The notes under the pieces: generated by a model
What the model was told of the DNA's origin: nothing
What the model saw: only the letters and a program-made list of their open reading frames with translations
Database searches by the model: none
Shown here: positions 8,907 to 18,189 of the stretch, one piece after another
Layout of the letters: the number at the start of each line of letters is the position of its first letter
How positions within the stretch are numbered: position 1 is the stretch's first letter
Made by a program: the position numbers and the translations under genes
DNA from: Spirochaetales bacterium
GTDB lineage: Bacteria > Spirochaetota > Spirochaetia > JAFGXN01
DNA length: 64,000 nucleotides
NCBI GenBank assembly: GCA_016936615.1
Contig: JAFGXN010000167.1
Coordinates: 7,641-71,640, forward strand
Direction: 5' to 3'

Positions 8907-10018
8907 TGGAAAAGAAGAGTAGTGAATCTTTAGAAAAATATCCTGTTATCGAGGTTTCGCCACATTTGAAAGCGACTTCGACAACATTTACAATAATGTG
9001 GGCTGTCTCAATTAGTTTAATTCCTGCTGCACTGTGGGGAGTTATCTCATTCGGGTGGTACTCTCTTGTTGTTCTTTTGGCTAGTATTATTTCAGCTGTC
9101 GCTGCAGAAGGTTTGGTTAATTGGGGAACAAAGAGGCTTACAATTCATGATGGGTCAGCTTTTTTGACAGGTCTTCTTATTGGGTTTAATATGCCTCCAG
9201 AAATTCCAATCTATATACCGGTTATTGGCTCATTTTTTGCAATTCTTGTGGTAAAGGCTGCATTTGGCGGACTTGGTTCGAATTGGATGAATCCTGCACT
9301 TGCTGGTCGTGTCTTTGTCTTTTTTAGTTTTAATCAGATGGGAGGTTCATGTTGGAAGAAGCCTAGATTTCTGCCCGAGATGGTGGATTCTATTAGTTCT
9401 GCTACACCACTCTCTGTTGTGAAGTCTCAGGGTGCAGAGTGTGGAATAAATTCCTTTGAATTTCTAAAGCAGATGGGTTATTCTCATTCAGCTTTCGATG
9501 CAAAATTGACAGATTTTTTTAATAGCAGTTTTGGGCTAACACTTCCAAACGGGTATTTTGATGCATTTGTTGGAAATATTCCTGGCTGTATCGGTGAGGT
9601 ATCAGCATTGTTGCTTATCCTTGGTGGTATCTTCTTGCTGGCGAAGAAAATTATTACCTGGCATATCCCTGTCGCGTATATTGTTTCATTTTTACTTTTT
9701 TCTTGGATCTTTGGTGGGCTTCAGACTGGTTCTGGATACTTTAGTGGTGATGCTTTTTTTCATCTATTTACAGGTGGAGTGATTTTAGCTGCATTTTATA
9801 TGGCTACTGATATGGCGACATCCCCGGTTTACCCTAAGGGGCTTATTATTTATGGTGTTCTGCTTGGTTTCTTTACCTTTTTCATAAGAGTCTTCGGATC
9901 TTTTCCTGAAGGAGCATCTTTAGCTATTCTTTTTATGAATATGTTTGTTCCAATGATAAATAAGTTGACTAAGAGTAAGCCTTTTGGTTATGTGAAGACA
10001 AAAAAGGAGGCAAAATGA
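8906..10018 (+). CDS. rnfD: Rnf electron transport complex subunit D
   Basis: This polytopic membrane protein has NqrB/RnfD-like sequence (TPLSVVK, LGGIFLLA). Its start overlaps the rnfC stop by 1 nt (TAATGG). Confidence 0.8.
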   Translation: MEKKSSESLEKYPVIEVSPHLKATSTTFTIMWAVSISLIPAALWGVISFGWYSLVVLLASIISAVAAEGLVNWGTKRLTIHDGSAFLTGLLIGFNMPPEIPIYIPVIGSFFAILVVKAAFGGLGSNWMNPALAGRVFVFFSFNQMGGSCWKKPRFLPEMVDSISSATPLSVVKSQGAECGINSFEFLKQMGYSHSAFDAKLTDFFNSSFGLTLPNGYFDAFVGNIPGCIGEVSALLLILGGIFLLAKKIITWHIPVAYIVSFLLFSWIFGGLQTGSGYFSGDAFFHLFTGGVILAAFYMATDMATSPVYPKGLIIYGVLLGFFTFFIRVFGSFPEGASLAILFMNMFVPMINKLTKSKPFGYVKTKKEAK

Positions 10019-10620
10019 AGATAAATGATTTGACTAAGACTGTTCTGTCTTTAACTATTATTGTTCTGGTGTCGGTTGGTTTGCTGGCATTTGTAGATAG
10101 TATTACTAAAGAGAAGATAGAACAGAACATGACTGCGGATTGTAATTTAAACCTTGAATCAGTAATACCTGCTGGGATGCAGATTTCTAAAAGGTTTGAT
10201 AGTGAAAATCTTGATAAAATTAAAAATGATAAGAAAATTGATGCTATCATCACCCTTGTGGATAGTGAGTCTCAGATTGTTGGGTGTGTCTTGGAGTTGC
10301 GAGGAAGAGGTTATAATGGTAATTTACAGATTTTCTGTTCATATGATATAGCTGGTGAGGTTCTTTTAGCAACATTAGGTCAGAATGATGAGACAGCTGG
10401 TATAGGGAAGAAGGCTGAGGAAGATGGGTATATGGATATGTTTATTGGTTCTGGGAATAGTAAATTGGTTCCTGTGAGTAAGACTATGCTTCCATCCGAA
10501 GAGGCTAATGCTATTAGTGGTGCTACAATTACATTTGTTGGTGTTTCTCAGGTTATTGCCTATGGATCTGAATTAGTAAAGGGGTTGAATCTCTCAGAGT
10601 TAGGAGATAATAATGAGTAA
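10015..10620 (+). CDS. rnfG: Rnf electron transport complex subunit G (FMN-binding)
   Basis: There is an N-terminal TM anchor. The FMN-attachment motif SGATITF lies near the C-terminus. Confidence 0.8.
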   Translation: MKINDLTKTVLSLTIIVLVSVGLLAFVDSITKEKIEQNMTADCNLNLESVIPAGMQISKRFDSENLDKIKNDKKIDAIITLVDSESQIVGCVLELRGRGYNGNLQIFCSYDIAGEVLLATLGQNDETAGIGKKAEEDGYMDMFIGSGNSKLVPVSKTMLPSEEANAISGATITFVGVSQVIAYGSELVKGLNLSELGDNNE

Positions 10621-11302
10621 CAAAAATTCAAAGATAAATATTTTAGTTCGGGGTATAATTCTTGAGAATCCTGTTTTTGTTTTGTTATTAGGTTTGTGCC
10701 CTTTTCTTGGAGTTTCTAACCAGGTTATCAACTCTATCGGAATGGGTTTGGCAGTCTTGTTTGTTTTAATTTGTTCAAATGTTGCAATAAGCCTACTTAA
10801 GAATCTTATCCCAGATAAGGTTAGAATTCCTGCTTATATTGTTATTATTGCAACCTTTGTTACTGTTGTTGAGCTTGTTATGCATGCCTTTACACCAGAG
10901 CTTTATAACAATATGGCAACTTTTATTGTATTGATTGTAGTTAACTGTATTGTTCTTGGTAGGGCAGAAGCCTTTGCATCGAAAAATAATGTTGTTGACT
11001 CTGTTTTAGATGCTATTGGGATGTCTATTGGGTTTTTCTTTGCTCTTTTTCTGATGGCGACAATTCGTGAGGTCTTTGGCAGTGGAACATTTCTCGGTTT
11101 TAGAGTTCCTATCTTGGCAGATAATCCGATCAGGGTTATTGGTTCTCCAGCTGGCGCTATGATAGTAATGGGATTGTTACTTGCTTTTTTTAATTTTTTA
11201 AAGGATTACTTGTCAAAGAGATCTGCAAAAAAGGTGGAGAGTCTTGAGGTTGTTGAAAATTCTTTAGATTCTAAAGAATTAAATACTGAGGAGGCGGTGT
11301 AA
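10613..11302 (+). CDS. rnfE: Rnf electron transport complex subunit E
   Basis: This is an RnfE/NqrD-like 6-TM protein (LLLGLCPFLGVS, NCIVLGRAEAFA). Confidence 0.8.
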   Translation: MSNKNSKINILVRGIILENPVFVLLLGLCPFLGVSNQVINSIGMGLAVLFVLICSNVAISLLKNLIPDKVRIPAYIVIIATFVTVVELVMHAFTPELYNNMATFIVLIVVNCIVLGRAEAFASKNNVVDSVLDAIGMSIGFFFALFLMATIREVFGSGTFLGFRVPILADNPIRVIGSPAGAMIVMGLLLAFFNFLKDYLSKRSAKKVESLEVVENSLDSKELNTEEAV

Positions 11303-11303
11303 T

Positions 11304-11903
11304 ATGGAATATTTAGCTATTTTAATTTCTTTTATTTTTATAAATAACTATGTTTTAGTTAAATTTTATGGAATTTGTCCGTTTATTGGGGTCTCTAAAG
11401 ATGTTGAATCGGCTCTAGGAATGGGTGCTGCTGTTACTTTTGTTATGACTCTTGCTACTGCAGTTACTTGGATGATCTATAATTTGATTCTTGCACCATT
11501 AAATGCTGGTTATTTGAAGATTATTGCTTTTATTTTGGTTATTGCTGCCTTAGTTCAGTTAGTAGAGATTATAGTTCAGAAGTTTTCTCCTTCGCTGTAT
11601 AAGGCTTTGGGAATTTATCTTCCGCTGATTACTACAAATTGTGCTGTATTGGGAATTACTATGGATGCGATTATCATTCAGAATTATGGCTTGTTTAAAT
11701 CAATCTTTGCTGGATTTTCTGCTGGGCTTGGATTTACGTTAGTTTTGATTTTGATGTCAACTTTGAGAATGAAGCTTAATTTTGAAAAGGTTCCAAAGTA
11801 TTTTAGAGGTGTTCCAATTGCATTTATTACTGGTGGATTGATGGCGATGGCTTTTATGGCTTTTGCTCCAACTATTATTTTTAAATTGTTTCCAAATTTA
11901 TAG
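11304..11903 (+). CDS. rnfA: Rnf electron transport complex subunit A
   Basis: This is an RnfA/NqrE-like protein (GICPFIGVS, TNCAVLGI). It is a paralogue of the preceding rnfE. Confidence 0.8.
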   Translation: MEYLAILISFIFINNYVLVKFYGICPFIGVSKDVESALGMGAAVTFVMTLATAVTWMIYNLILAPLNAGYLKIIAFILVIAALVQLVEIIVQKFSPSLYKALGIYLPLITTNCAVLGITMDAIIIQNYGLFKSIFAGFSAGLGFTLVLILMSTLRMKLNFEKVPKYFRGVPIAFITGGLMAMAFMAFAPTIIFKLFPNL

Positions 11904-11911
11904 GGGTTAAT

Positions 11912-12721
11912 ATGAGTGAGTTAGTTCAGTATATTTTAACAGTTGTCTCAATGGGGCTTTTGGGTGCATTTCTAGCTGTTTTATTGTTTTTTGTCTCTAA
12001 GTTTTTTGCAGTAAAAAAAGATCAGAAGATTGTTGATGTAGAAGAAATTTTACCTGGAATAAATTGTGGTGCTTGTGGATTCCCTGGCTGCAGCGGTTAT
12101 GCTAACGCTATTGTTAATTCAGGTGCACCCATTGATAAGTGTTCTCCTGGGGCTGGTGCAGTTATCTCCGCTTTAGCTTCATATCTTGGGATAGAGGCTG
12201 GAGAAGATTCCCTTCCTATGAAAGCCTTTGTTGCTTGTCGTGGTTCGAGAGATAAAGCTGCCATAAAGTATGATTACAGAGGTATGAAAGATTGTAATGC
12301 TATGAAGCTTCTGTATCAGGGCGATAAAGTCTGCTCGTATGGTTGTCTTGCAGGTGGAAGTTGTATTAAGGTTTGTCCTGTTGATGCAATTTCGTATGAC
12401 TCAGAAGGCTGTGTTGTTGTAGACCAAAAAAAATGCATTGGTTGTGAGAAATGTATTGCGGTTTGTCCTACAAATGTGATAAAAATGATACCAGAGAACT
12501 CTAAGTTTGCTGTGGCGTGTAATTCAAAAGATAAGGGCGGAGTTGTAAAAAAATATTGTACAGTTGGCTGTATTGGTTGTAAAATATGTGAGAAGGTTTC
12601 AACTGATGGTGGATTTATAATAGAGGATTTCTTAGCCCGCATCGATTATTCTAAAATAAGTAATCAGAATATTGCTTATCAAAAGTGCCCTGCTAAGTGT
12701 ATTTTAGAGTTAAATAAATAA
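11912..12721 (+). CDS. rnfB: Rnf electron transport complex subunit B (polyferredoxin)
   Basis: An N-terminal TM helix is followed by the Cys cluster CGACGFPGC and several CxxCxxCxxxCP ferredoxin motifs. Confidence 0.8.
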   Translation: MSELVQYILTVVSMGLLGAFLAVLLFFVSKFFAVKKDQKIVDVEEILPGINCGACGFPGCSGYANAIVNSGAPIDKCSPGAGAVISALASYLGIEAGEDSLPMKAFVACRGSRDKAAIKYDYRGMKDCNAMKLLYQGDKVCSYGCLAGGSCIKVCPVDAISYDSEGCVVVDQKKCIGCEKCIAVCPTNVIKMIPENSKFAVACNSKDKGGVVKKYCTVGCIGCKICEKVSTDGGFIIEDFLARIDYSKISNQNIAYQKCPAKCILELNK

Positions 12722-12733
12722 AAGGTATTATTT

Positions 12734-14767
12734 TTGATGAATGAAATTAAGTTAGTTCTAGGAACATACAACTCTTTGCCTGTCAGTTCTACTCAAGAGG
12801 AATTTGAGTATTATTTTAAACATTGCTATGAACCTTATCTTAAAATGTTAAATGCAAATCCCGATTTTAAATCTGTTTTATTTTACTCTGGTTTTCTTTA
12901 TGAGTGGTTTGATAAAAAGAAACCAGAAGTTAAGATGTTGCTTAAAGATTTGATTAAATCGAAGCAAGTAGAGTTGATTTCTGGTGCATATTATAATGCT
13001 GTTCTTCCTTTGTTGCCGTCTACGGATAGGAAAGCACAGATTGAGAATCTTACTAATTATATCTGTTCTAGTTTTAAAAAACGACCTAAGGGTTTCTATG
13101 TTTCAAAGGGGGTTTGGGAGCCTTCGTTGCCTACTACTTATACCTCCTCTTCTGCTGAGTATGTTTTTCTGGATAGACAAAATTTTTTAGCTTCTGGCAT
13201 AGATGAACACCATATCTATTATCCTTGTATTACTGAGGATCAAGGGAAAAAACTTATAGTTTATCCTGCTAATTCATCATTAGCATCGAAGGTTGGCTTT
13301 GATGATCCTTATGAATTAGCAAGACAGATCTTTGAAAAATGTAATTCACGCTTTGTAGAAAAACGTGTGAATTCTGATATTCGTTCGAAAAGCCTTTTTT
13401 CATTGTTGCTTCCTGGCGAAACATTGGGATCTAATCTCATTGGTTTGGATAATATTTTTAAGGATGATTGGTTTGGTTCTTTTAAAGATGGTTTAAAAAA
13501 ATATGGAATTACATTGACTCTTCCTCTCAAGGAGAATAAAAGGCTAGGAACTTTGAGAAAATTCTATTTCGGAACTACTGCGGACTCTGATATTACAAAG
13601 ATGACTTTGAACAAAGAGCAACGGAAGACTTATGAGTTGATGATCCTGCATTTAAATGTTGATGAGATGCAGGCTTTGATTAATACCGGACAGTTTAGGC
13701 AGTTTGTGAATAAGTATTATGAGTCAAATAATTTGTATTCGAAAATGTTATATGTTGAGAGTTTGGCTAAGCATACCTCGGATAAGTCAAGGAAGAAGTC
13801 TGCTAAGGAACTTATCTATTCAGCTCAAGGTCATGATGTCTTTTGGCATGGTAGTCACTGCGGAATCTATGATAATCAGTTGCGATTGAAAATTTATAAT
13901 ATCCTTTTAACTGCTGAGAAAGATATAAAGACTGGTTCTGATTTTAAGACAAATTTTGCTAAGCATGATTTTAATTTTGATGGAAGTGAAGAATTATTAT
14001 ACAATGGGATACATTTTAATGCATATATAGATCGAGATTCTGCAGCTATCTTTGAGTTTGATTATTTTCCGACTTGTACAAATTATTGTGCTTGTATGTC
14101 TAAGTATGAAGAATACTATCATTCGGATATAGATCTTCACGGTTACCATTTTGATTTAAAGCCTCGTTATCTTTTTGATGATAAAATTTTTGAGGTAGGA
14201 ACAAAGTATTCAGATTTCTTTCTTGGAATTATCGATAATAAGTTGGATTCTGAAGTCTATACTATTGACGATTTTGATGGAGATAAAAAGAGTGTTGGTT
14301 TTGTAGAAAAAGTTGATTTTGAACTCGCAGGTCTCCCCTCAAGTGTTGAAATAAATAAGAATTTTTCTTTTAGAAAAAATGATATAGAAGTTGAATATTT
14401 AATTAAAAATGAGGGATCTAAGGCTGTAGAGTTTAATTTTGCAACTTCTCTGAATCTTACATTTGGGGAATGGTCAAAAGAGTCTATAAACTTGTTAAAA
14501 GATGATGATCTTCTTGATTTTCTTGCAAAAGAACATAAGCATATTAGTAAATTTAATATTGAAGATCTTAAGAACAAGAATAAGATAAACTTTTCATCGA
14601 CAAGGCATTTCGATATATGGGTAAATCCTATCTATACACAAACCCTTGTTTACGATAAAATAGAGAATAGATATCAGTGTACTGATTTTATGCCAGTCTG
14701 GAAGCTCAAGCTTGATAGCCAAGAGGAGTTCCGGCTGCAAATTACTATGTCGGTTATTCGCAGTTAA
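12734..14767 (+). CDS. Glycoside hydrolase family 57-like protein
   Basis: The N-terminal block FYSGFLYEWFDKKKPE...LIKSKQVELISGAYYNAVLPLLPSTDRKAQIE resembles the conserved GH57 block (F--G-LLEWL...G-LEIV--GFYEPVL--IP-EDR--QIE). The expected HQP-type motif reads YNSLP here. Confidence 0.5.
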   Translation: MMNEIKLVLGTYNSLPVSSTQEEFEYYFKHCYEPYLKMLNANPDFKSVLFYSGFLYEWFDKKKPEVKMLLKDLIKSKQVELISGAYYNAVLPLLPSTDRKAQIENLTNYICSSFKKRPKGFYVSKGVWEPSLPTTYTSSSAEYVFLDRQNFLASGIDEHHIYYPCITEDQGKKLIVYPANSSLASKVGFDDPYELARQIFEKCNSRFVEKRVNSDIRSKSLFSLLLPGETLGSNLIGLDNIFKDDWFGSFKDGLKKYGITLTLPLKENKRLGTLRKFYFGTTADSDITKMTLNKEQRKTYELMILHLNVDEMQALINTGQFRQFVNKYYESNNLYSKMLYVESLAKHTSDKSRKKSAKELIYSAQGHDVFWHGSHCGIYDNQLRLKIYNILLTAEKDIKTGSDFKTNFAKHDFNFDGSEELLYNGIHFNAYIDRDSAAIFEFDYFPTCTNYCACMSKYEEYYHSDIDLHGYHFDLKPRYLFDDKIFEVGTKYSDFFLGIIDNKLDSEVYTIDDFDGDKKSVGFVEKVDFELAGLPSSVEINKNFSFRKNDIEVEYLIKNEGSKAVEFNFATSLNLTFGEWSKESINLLKDDDLLDFLAKEHKHISKFNIEDLKNKNKINFSSTRHFDIWVNPIYTQTLVYDKIENRYQCTDFMPVWKLKLDSQEEFRLQITMSVIRS

Positions 14768-14779
14768 TATGGGGGAAAA

Positions 14780-15887
14780 ATGATTTCTGAGCTTAAAGCA
14801 AAAATTTCCGATCTTGATAAAGATATACACGAAACTTGGGGGCATCTTTGACCCTGATAGCCGTAAAAAAGAGATAGATTCTCTTAATTCTAAGATCTCT
14901 TCAGAAGGTTTCTGGGATAATAGAGAAGAAGCAGAGAAGGTCTTAAAAGAATTAAAAATAATGGAAAAAAAACTTACTCCTTGGTATAATATTATCGATG
15001 GATTAGATGATTTAAAGGCAATGTATGAGCTTACTGCAGATTCGGGCGGTGAAGCTGATCTGCTTGAGCTTGAGCAGATGTATGATTCGCTTTTTCTTGA
15101 GTATACAAATCAGAAACTTTTGGAGATGTTTGATGAAGAGACTGATTCTTGTGATGCTTTTTTGACTATTCATTCTGGTGCAGGTGGTACTGAGGCTTGT
15201 GATTGGGTCTCGATGCTTTATAGAATGTATATGAGATGGGCTGAAGATAAAAAATTTAAGGTTCAGATCTTGGATATGCTAGAAGCAGAAGGCGGCCTTA
15301 AATCAGTGACAGTTCAAATCTCTGGTGAGTTTGTTGCTGGTTATCTAAAAGGGGAGACAGGGATTCATCGTCTAGTTAGAATTTCTCCCTTTGATTCAAA
15401 TGCCCGACGTCACACATCTTTTGCTTCCGTATATGTTTCACCTGTAATCGATGATAATATTGAAGTTGATATAAGGGTTGAGGATCTGAGAATAGATACA
15501 TATAGAGCACAAGGTGCAGGTGGTCAGCATGTAAATACGACAGACTCTGCGGTTAGAATTACACATATACCGACAAATACGATTGTCCAGTGTCAAAATG
15601 AACGAAGTCAGCATAAGAATAAGGCTTCTGCTATGAAGATGTTGAAGTCAAGATTGTATGAGTATTATAAAGAAGAGCAGGATAAAGAGATTGCTGGGAA
15701 GATGCAGGAAAAAAAAGGAATCTCCTGGGGTAATCAGATTAGATCTTACGTCTTTCAACCATATACAATGGTAAAAGATCACAGAACAAAATGTGAAAAA
15801 GGAAATATTCAGGCTGTTATGGATGGTAATATCGACGATTTTATAGAGGAGTATCTTAAGTGGGCGTGGTCTCAAAGACAAGCATAA
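14780..15887 (+). CDS. prfB: Peptide chain release factor 2, requiring a programmed +1 ribosomal frameshift at CTT TGA C (14846-14852)
   Basis: Frame 0 reads MISELKAKISDLDKDIHETWGHL and then a TGA stop at 14849-14851. Skipping T14849 continues as DPDSRKKEID..., which carries the class-1 RF motifs SPF and GGQ (RAQGAGGQHVN). An internal SD-like GGGGG lies upstream of the CTT TGA C slip site, as in E. coli prfB. Confidence 0.85.
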
Positions 15888-17290
15888 AGGTTATATTTTT
15901 TCTCTTTCTATCATTTTCAGTTTACTCCTTTGAATTCAAGGATCCTTCTGAAAACTGGAAAATTGCAATTCTTGAGGCTGAGTTAGTAAATGTTCCTCAG
16001 AATTTGCAGCATTTAGCCTTTCTTTTTCCTGAATTGGTGGCTGAGTTTCTTGATGAGATTGATAATCATGTTTTAACTGATTCTGAAATTATTGCTAGAC
16101 AGAGATTTTTATACTCTCAAGAATTTGATAAAATATCTAAAAACATCTCTTCGAAGAGAAAGAGCTTAGACGAGGCTTTTTTTAAGCGGGAGAGAGATGA
16201 GGCTGCGGAAAGGAAGCTTGCTTCTGAAATTTATAGTTATAATAGCCAATTACGTGCATTAGAAAAGTTGGATTTTAGGACTATTTCTGTCTTCGAGGCT
16301 TTGCCTATCAAGTTGGTCTATGCTGAAGAGAAGGATCGCAAACTTTTTTCATATAATTCTAATATCGAGACGAAGGTTCAATTTGCTACACGTACTGAAT
16401 CTGATTATATTATTTTTCCTAAAATCGAGTATTTATCATCTGTTCTCTATGTTAGTTTAGATGTTTATAGCAAAATCGAGGGAAAACTTATTTTTTCCAA
16501 GACAACTGTTGGTGATATTGGTAATTTTTCTGACATTCCACAAGCTTTTTACAAGGAGCTAGTGACCTTGGTTGCTGGTAGGCTTTGGGCTTCGGTAAAG
16601 ATTACAACTACGCCAATTACTTCTTCAATCTATTTGAATGGAGAGAAGCGGGGTGCAGGTGTTCTTCGTATTCCATTTTTAACTCCTGGGAAATATGTTG
16701 TTACAATTGAAAACGCTGGATATTTTACTGATGAAATGGAAATTTCATTGGAGCCATATGAATATAAAGAGATTGATTTTGTTTTGAAAAAGGTCTTTTC
16801 GCCGCCTGTTCTTATTAATACCTTTCCTGCAAATGCGGATGTTTTTTTATCTTCAAAGTGGGTAGGGAAGACCCCTTTTGTTATTTTATCACCAGGTGAG
16901 AATGAGCATTTTATGATTAGAAAGCCAGGCTATCTAGATTATTCTGGGTTTATCGATTCTCAGCTTCTGGCTCAACAAAATTTTATTTTTTTAAATTTTC
17001 TTGAGTCATCTTCGACAGAGCGATTGAAGAAAAAGCGAGAGCAGTTCTATACATCGTTGGCTTTGCTCTCCTTGACACTTCCTGTCACCTTGATCTCGAG
17101 TGGTTTTTCGAGCAATTTCCCAAAATTGGGATCTTCTTCGATGTATCCTGATATAAATTATCATGACCAGTATGCAGCCTATTATGCTACGCAGGCTATC
17201 TTTATTTCGGGTATAATTTTAAATGTTATTATGGGTATAAACATGATTGTAGAGTCTGTTGACTATGTAAGATATGCTGATATTATGTGA
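15860..17290 (+). CDS. PEGA-domain protein with a C-terminal transmembrane segment
   Basis: The N-terminal signal is followed by two PEGA-like units (IYLNGEKRGAGVLRIPFLTPGKYVVTIENAGY and ADVFLSSKWVGKTPFVILSPGENEHFMIRKPGY). The C-terminus is hydrophobic. The start overlaps the prfB end and is uncertain. Confidence 0.45.
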   Translation: MGVVSKTSIKVIFFLFLSFSVYSFEFKDPSENWKIAILEAELVNVPQNLQHLAFLFPELVAEFLDEIDNHVLTDSEIIARQRFLYSQEFDKISKNISSKRKSLDEAFFKRERDEAAERKLASEIYSYNSQLRALEKLDFRTISVFEALPIKLVYAEEKDRKLFSYNSNIETKVQFATRTESDYIIFPKIEYLSSVLYVSLDVYSKIEGKLIFSKTTVGDIGNFSDIPQAFYKELVTLVAGRLWASVKITTTPITSSIYLNGEKRGAGVLRIPFLTPGKYVVTIENAGYFTDEMEISLEPYEYKEIDFVLKKVFSPPVLINTFPANADVFLSSKWVGKTPFVILSPGENEHFMIRKPGYLDYSGFIDSQLLAQQNFIFLNFLESSSTERLKKKREQFYTSLALLSLTLPVTLISSGFSSNFPKLGSSSMYPDINYHDQYAAYYATQAIFISGIILNVIMGINMIVESVDYVRYADIM

Positions 17291-18189
17291 GGTGGAGAAT
17301 GTTTAAGGCTAAGAAAAAGAATCAGAGTTTTTCTTCAAAAATTAAGGGTATCTTTAAGAATGATATTGATTTGGATGCTTTGTACGAAGATCTTGAAGAT
17401 TTATTGATTGAAGGCGATATTGGAGCAATTGTCTCTTATGAAATTGTTGAGAAATTAAAGGAACATGTTGCATCTAAGAAGATCAAAGACAATGAGGCTG
17501 TATTTGACGAATTGAAGGCTATTTTGCACGATTTTGTTCTGGAAACTCAACTAGTACCTGAGGCTGATAAGGTTAATGTCTACTTAGTTCTTGGCGTTAA
17601 TGGAGTAGGTAAGACTACGACTATTGCTAAGCTTGCTAATTATTTCAATACCAACGGCTTAGCCAAAGATTGTATTCTTGCTGCTGGCGATACATTTCGA
17701 GCAGCTGCTATTGAGCAGTTAAGCTTACATGCCCAGCGACTAGGGCTTCGGGTTGTTGCTCATCAATCTGGTTCTGATCCAGCTGCGGTGATATACGACG
17801 CGGTGGAATCTGCTCACGCGAATAAGGTGAATTTAGTTCTTGCTGATACTGCGGGCAGAATGCACAGCAAGCAGAATTTGGTGAATGAGTTAGAAAAGAT
17901 TGTTCGAGTTGTCTCTAAGAAGAGTGAAGATGCAATTATTAAGAAAATTCTTGTGATTGATTCTACAACAGGACAAAATGGTATAGCTCAGGCTGAAACA
18001 TTTAATGATGCTGTTGGCATTGATGCAGTGATTTTGACAAAGTATGACTCTAAGTCGAAGGCTGGAATAGCAGTATCTATCTCGAAAAAATTAGGAATCC
18101 CAGTTGCTTATGTCGGGACTGGTGAGAGTTATGATTCTCTGATTCCATTTAGTAAGGATGACTATATAGATGAAATACTTGGGAAATAA
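17287..18189 (+). CDS. ftsY: Signal recognition particle receptor FtsY
   Basis: The SRP GTPase NG-domain motifs are present: GVNGVGKTTT (G1), DTFRAAA, DTAGR (G3) and TKYD (G4). Confidence 0.85.
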   Translation: MRWRMFKAKKKNQSFSSKIKGIFKNDIDLDALYEDLEDLLIEGDIGAIVSYEIVEKLKEHVASKKIKDNEAVFDELKAILHDFVLETQLVPEADKVNVYLVLGVNGVGKTTTIAKLANYFNTNGLAKDCILAAGDTFRAAAIEQLSLHAQRLGLRVVAHQSGSDPAAVIYDAVESAHANKVNLVLADTAGRMHSKQNLVNELEKIVRVVSKKSEDAIIKKILVIDSTTGQNGIAQAETFNDAVGIDAVILTKYDSKSKAGIAVSISKKLGIPVAYVGTGESYDSLIPFSKDDYIDEILGK

